A stretch of DNA of 64,000 nucleotides from an uncultured Desulfobacteraceae bacterium (GTDB lineage Bacteria; Desulfobacterota; Desulfobacteria; Desulfobacterales; Desulfosalsimonadaceae). The translations under genes were made by a program, and so were the position numbers. The notes under the pieces are model-generated. The model ran no database searches and was not told where the DNA came from. It saw nothing but the letters and a program-made list of their open reading frames with translations. Below are positions 60,141 to 64,000 of this stretch, in pieces. The stretch is taken from positions 21,818-85,817 of the forward strand of contig CAZNSO010000005.1 of assembly GCA_964575805.1 (NCBI GenBank), written 5' to 3'. The stretch's first letter is position 1. The number at the start of each line of letters is the position of its first letter.

Positions 60141-60192
60141 CACACCAAACCCAAGCAAACAGGAGGTCACCGTCTGACGGTGAGGCTAACGT

Positions 60193-60876
60193 ATGAGCAT
60201 CAACACGGTCAAAAGCATCGACAATCAGGTTCAGCTCAAAAATGTTCTGATCAGTGTCTCGGATAAAACCGGGCTTGAAACCCTGGTGCCGGAACTGATC
60301 CGTATCCTGCCCGGGCTCAGGATCCTGTCCACGGGCGGCACGTATAAAAAAATCGCATCCCTGCTGCCGGAACCGGCCTCTGCCGGGCTGACCCCCGTAT
60401 CCGAATACACCGGCCAGCCGGAGACCCAGGGGGGGCTGGTAAAAACCCTGGATTTTAAAATTTACCTGGGGCTGCTTACCGAGACTTATAATGAAGCCCA
60501 TCAGGCGGACCTGGAAAGGACCGGCGCCGCTCCCATCGACATGGTCATCGTCAACCTCTACCCTTTTCAGCAGACAGCCGCGCAACAGGATGTCACGGTG
60601 GAAAGGGCGCGCGGCAACATAGACATTGGCGGCCCCTGCATGATCCGGGCGGCTGCCAAGAATTTTATCCGGGTGGCCCCGGTGGTGGACCCGGCCGATT
60701 ATGCGCGGATTCTTGATGAACTCCGTTCCACCGGGGGTCGGACCACGCTTGAGACCCGGGCCCGGCTGGCCAAGAAAGCCTTTGCCCATACGGCCGACTA
60801 CGACCGTGCCATCACCGAGTACCTGCACAGCCGCTCCATCGATGAAATCCGGGAGGCTTATCCGGATGTCCGCTGA
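60193..60876 (+). CDS. purH: IMP cyclohydrolase (stand-alone PurH N-terminal MGS-like domain)
   Basis: Has LISVSDKTG, STGGT, VNLYPF, IDIGGPCMIRAAAKN and AFAHTADYD. It ends in the position of the PurH interdomain linker. Confidence 0.85.
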   Translation: MSINTVKSIDNQVQLKNVLISVSDKTGLETLVPELIRILPGLRILSTGGTYKKIASLLPEPASAGLTPVSEYTGQPETQGGLVKTLDFKIYLGLLTETYNEAHQADLERTGAAPIDMVIVNLYPFQQTAAQQDVTVERARGNIDIGGPCMIRAAAKNFIRVAPVVDPADYARILDELRSTGGRTTLETRARLAKKAFAHTADYDRAITEYLHSRSIDEIREAYPDVR

Positions 60877-60926
60877 CAGCGCTCAGACCAGATCATATCC
60901 ATACCCAATATCCCAGGAGAACGACC

Positions 60927-62177
60927 ATGGCAGACGATATCAGGCAAATGTATAAAACCATCATGGATGATCATTTCCCCCCGCGGATGGAAATCAGCTT
61001 CATTGATGCCGACAGCCGGCAAACCCTTTTCTATGAAAAAGTCGACTGGGTGGTTGAAGGCATCCGCAAAGGGCTGCGCTACGGGGAAAACCCCGGCCAG
61101 GAGGCCGCCCTTTACCGCCTGGTCAACGGCAACCTGGTCCTTGGCGAGACCCGGACCATCGCGCCGGGCCGCTACCTGGTATCAGACACGGAACTCCTGC
61201 AATCCGGCAAACACCCGGGAAAAACCAACCTCACGGACGCGGACAATGCCTTGAACATTCTCCGGTATTTAACGGAAAGCCCGGCGACGATAATTGTCAA
61301 GCACAACAACCCCTGCGGGGCCGCCATTTCCGATTCACTGGCGGATGCCTATCAAAAGGCCTACATGGCGGACCGGGTGGCGGCATTCGGCGGATGCATT
61401 GCAGTGAACCGGGCCCTTGACAAAGACACCGCCCGGGCCATTGCCGAACAATACGCCGAAGTCATCGTCGCACCGGAATTTGAAGCGGGCGTACTGGAGA
61501 TTCTGGCCCGGCGGAAAAACCTGCGGGTGATCAAAATTGAAAACATGGCGCGGCTCCAGGAATTCGCCGCCCAGCGGGTGGTGGAATTCAAAAGCCTTAT
61601 TGACGGGGGGCTTATCACCCAATGGTCCTTTGTGCCGCAGGCACGTTCCAAAACGGATTTCAATCTGGCCTCATGCGCGTACAAGGGCCGAACGTATCAG
61701 ATCAAGCGTCCGCCCACCGAATCGGAGTATGCGGACATCCGCTTTGGCTGGCTTCTGGAATCCGGCGTGACCTCCAATTCAGTCATCTATGTCAAAAACG
61801 GGGTTTCCGTGGGCATCGGCACCGGTGAGCAGGACCGGGTGGGAGTGGCTGAGATCGCAAGGGACAAGGCATACCGGAAACTGGCGGATCGATACAGCTT
61901 TGAGACCTTCGGCACCGCCTACAACGAGCTGACGGACCCGGAGCAGATCATCTCCATTGATCAGCGGGTAAAGGAGGAAAAGGGCGGTTTGATCGGGGCC
62001 ACCATGATCAGCGACGCTTTTTTCCCTTTCCGTGACGGGGTGGACGTGGGCCTGCGCGAAGGGGTCTGCGCCGTGGCCCATCCGGGGGGTTCCATAAATG
62101 ACTACCAAGCCATCGAGGCCTGCAACGAGGCCGGGGCCACCATGGTCTTCACCGGCCAGCGCAGCTTCCGGCACTAA
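60927..62177 (+). CDS. purH: AICAR formyltransferase (stand-alone PurH C-terminal domain)
   Basis: AGGAG lies upstream of the ATG. Has RYGENPGQ, VKHNNPCG, AFGG, SDAFFPFRDG, HPGGS and a C-terminal FRH. Confidence 0.88.
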   Translation: MADDIRQMYKTIMDDHFPPRMEISFIDADSRQTLFYEKVDWVVEGIRKGLRYGENPGQEAALYRLVNGNLVLGETRTIAPGRYLVSDTELLQSGKHPGKTNLTDADNALNILRYLTESPATIIVKHNNPCGAAISDSLADAYQKAYMADRVAAFGGCIAVNRALDKDTARAIAEQYAEVIVAPEFEAGVLEILARRKNLRVIKIENMARLQEFAAQRVVEFKSLIDGGLITQWSFVPQARSKTDFNLASCAYKGRTYQIKRPPTESEYADIRFGWLLESGVTSNSVIYVKNGVSVGIGTGEQDRVGVAEIARDKAYRKLADRYSFETFGTAYNELTDPEQIISIDQRVKEEKGGLIGATMISDAFFPFRDGVDVGLREGVCAVAHPGGSINDYQAIEACNEAGATMVFTGQRSFRH

Positions 62178-63577
62178 AGCTCCCTGACCTTGATCATGTT
62201 TGTCGTCCCGGCCTGCCAAAGGGGATGGCCGGCGGTGATGACTAGCAGATCGCCCCTTTTGACATGCCCGATTTTATGGGCCGTTCTCACCGCTGTATCA
62301 AGCATCTCATCAACGTCCGCAGCGCGCGGTACATGGCAGGGCAGGCAGCCCCAGAAAAGGCAGAGCCGGCGCACGGTGTCTTTATCCGGGGACATGGCGA
62401 TAATCTGGCTTTTGGGACGGAAACGGGAGAGCTGAGCCGCCGTGAATCCCGACTGGGTGGAGGCTATGATGGCTGCCGCGTTGAGGTGATCCGCCAGCGT
62501 ACAGGCGGCATGCGCCACGGATTCCGACACGTGTATATCGGTTATCATGGAAAAGGATTTCTCATAGGCATATGACGATTCGGCATTCTCCGCAATGCGG
62601 CGCATATATGCCACCGCCTGGACGGGGTAGATGCCGCTGGCGGTTTCCTCTGAAAGCATGAGGGCGTCGGTGCCGTCCAATACGGCGTTGGCCACGTCCG
62701 TTGCCTCAGCCCGGGTGGGGCGCGGGGCCTCAACCATGGATCGCAGCATCTGGGTGGCTATAATAACGGGTTTGCCGGCGGCATTGGCCTTTCGCACAAG
62801 CTGCTTCTGAATCGCCGGCACCGTCTCCAGAGGGATCTCGACACCCAGATCGCCGCGGGCCACCATGATGCCGTCCGCCGCCTTGATGATGGCATCAATA
62901 TGGTTGACCGCCTCGTGTTTTTCTATCTTGGCAATGACCGGGGTCTTTTTTCCGGCCCGGGCAATGATTTCTTTCACCTCGGCAATATCTTCAGGCCGGC
63001 GCACAAAGGAAAGGGCCACGTAGTCCACGCCCCGGCTCAGGCCGAATTCCAGGTCCTGTTTATCCTTTTGCGTCAACGCGGGCGTGCTGATCGTCCCGGA
63101 CGGCAGGTTAATGCCCTTGTGCGATGTCAGCACGCCGCCGATCACCACCCGGCACCGGATATCGGTCTCCGTGGTGCCGACCACCTCGAGTTCCATCATC
63201 CCGTCGGCCAGCAGGATAATATCGCCCGTGTCCACATCCTGCGGAAGTTCGGCATAGCTCACCGAAACCCGGTTATCCGCGCCGTTTGCCGGCTGATTGG
63301 TAAGCGTCAGGGTGTCGCCGGGCTCCAGCCGGATACCTGGAGAATCAATTGCGCCGATTCGGATCTTGGGGCCGCAAAGATCCTGGAGAATGGCCACGGG
63401 CCGTTTGTCGCCACTGGATGCCGAACGGATGCAATCCATCACGGCGGCATGCTCCGCGTGTGTGCCGTGGGAAAAATTGAGCCGGGCCACACTCATCCCC
63501 GCCTGGATCATCTCACCCAGGATACGGGCGCTTTTGCTGCTGGGACCGATCGTGCAGACTATTTTTGTTTTTGCCAT
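62174..63577 (-). CDS. pyk: pyruvate kinase
   Basis: Has KIVCTIGP, NFSHG, IAKIE, MVARGDLGVE and QMLRSM. 467 aa. Confidence 0.93.
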   Translation of the reverse strand: MAKTKIVCTIGPSSKSARILGEMIQAGMSVARLNFSHGTHAEHAAVMDCIRSASSGDKRPVAILQDLCGPKIRIGAIDSPGIRLEPGDTLTLTNQPANGADNRVSVSYAELPQDVDTGDIILLADGMMELEVVGTTETDIRCRVVIGGVLTSHKGINLPSGTISTPALTQKDKQDLEFGLSRGVDYVALSFVRRPEDIAEVKEIIARAGKKTPVIAKIEKHEAVNHIDAIIKAADGIMVARGDLGVEIPLETVPAIQKQLVRKANAAGKPVIIATQMLRSMVEAPRPTRAEATDVANAVLDGTDALMLSEETASGIYPVQAVAYMRRIAENAESSYAYEKSFSMITDIHVSESVAHAACTLADHLNAAAIIASTQSGFTAAQLSRFRPKSQIIAMSPDKDTVRRLCLFWGCLPCHVPRAADVDEMLDTAVRTAHKIGHVKRGDLLVITAGHPLWQAGTTNMIKVREL

Positions 63578-63666
63578 GGCCTTTCTTTTTGCTCACTGAA
63601 AAATCAAATGGTTCATCATCGTCAAGCCGCCCTTTTGGCGGCCCGCTCTCTCGCCCGCCCCTTTTT

Positions 63667-64000
63667 TCAACCCAGAATAACCGCGATCTTGTCCCGCCGG
63701 GCACTGACATGCTGAAGGGTCACCTGGATGAGATCGCCGGGCTTCAACTCCCACCCGCCGGATACCGGCATGCGGCACTCCAGAAGATAAGCGGTTAATA
63801 ATATGGTATATTTATTCCATTTCTTATCCAGTACAATCGCCTCTTCCTTCTGACCGATCCGGCCCTCCAGGTATTTCAGCATCCAGTAACGAAAACGCCG
63901 GGCCTGGGTAATGCCGGCATGACTCAGGGGCTGCTGCACCTGCTGAATAATCTGCTCAATCTCGGCCGCGCTGTAGCCGGTCTCCAGGTCAAAACAGGAA
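63667..64000 (-). CDS. C-terminal part of a putative RNB-family (RNase II/R-like) exoribonuclease, 5'-truncated by window edge
   Basis: The reading frame is open to the window end. The tail resembles the S1-like barrel that ends RNB proteins (GQKEEAIVLD...LKPGDLIQVTL..V). The assignment is by recollection only. Confidence 0.35.
   Translation of the reverse strand, partial: SCFDLETGYSAAEIEQIIQQVQQPLSHAGITQARRFRYWMLKYLEGRIGQKEEAIVLDKKWNKYTILLTAYLLECRMPVSGGWELKPGDLIQVTLQHVSARRDKIAVILG

Noticed and set aside
60860-60930. Possibility that the two purH ORFs are a frameshifted pseudogene.
   Set aside because: The break falls exactly in the interdomain linker, both halves keep all catalytic motifs, and the second has its own AGGAG plus ATG. 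It is kept as a split-gene finding, but sequencing error cannot be excluded from the sequence alone.
62174-62177. Convergent purH-C and pyk stop codons physically overlap (cTAa), leaving no room for terminators.
   Set aside because: Overlapping convergent ends are common in compact genomes, and nothing further can be inferred from the sequence.
1-64000. Search by eye for CRISPR arrays, IS or transposon ends, integrases, phage genes, toxin-antitoxin pairs and defence-system signatures.
   Set aside because: None were found. Every sizeable ORF except one has a housekeeping family assignment, and intergenic space is minimal.

Overview
GC-rich, very gene-dense chromosomal core segment. Gene content and order suggest a Desulfobacterota (deltaproteobacterial, sulfate-reducer-like) genome, but that is inference only. 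I can support about 65 CDS, one tRNA, two strong intrinsic terminators and a few motif-level regulatory candidates. Order from left to right: (1) a GltD-like oxidoreductase, truncated at the window edge, plus an RseC-like protein; (2) a minus-strand operon of SAM methyltransferase, AmmeMemoRadiSam-type radical SAM enzyme and short KamA-like aminomutase, divergent from dapF; (3) two tandem moeA paralogues, archease and rtcB; (4) PMM/PGM, serA, DUF1844, degP, ispE, tRNA-Gln, prs, rplY, pth; (5) a K+-independent H+-pyrophosphatase; (6) a carD-like gene and rluD; (7) an orphan ORF; (8) an octahaem cytochrome c plus rnfCDGEA with no rnfB; (9) a complete dcw cluster, mraZ to ftsZ, on the minus strand at 29.2-46.2 kb; (10) a cytidylate-kinase-like gene; (11) mrpABCDEFG; (12) an FAD oxidoreductase; (13) a beta-CASP / double-Trx-HEAT / MBL operon; (14) a eukaryote-type AdoMetDC plus speE; (15) a split purH; (16) pyk; (17) a 5'-truncated RNB-like fragment. 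I found no CRISPR array, transposase, integrase, phage, toxin-antitoxin or defence-like genes, and no accessory island. I therefore cannot point to a convincing wholly new system. The observations most worth follow-up are: the eukaryote-type S-adenosylmethionine decarboxylase in a speE operon; the rnf operon that terminates without rnfB behind an internally duplicated octahaem cytochrome; the translationally coupled orphan radical-SAM pair; the beta-CASP/Trx-HEAT/MBL operon; and the split purH. All calls rest on motif recognition by eye, with no database searches.
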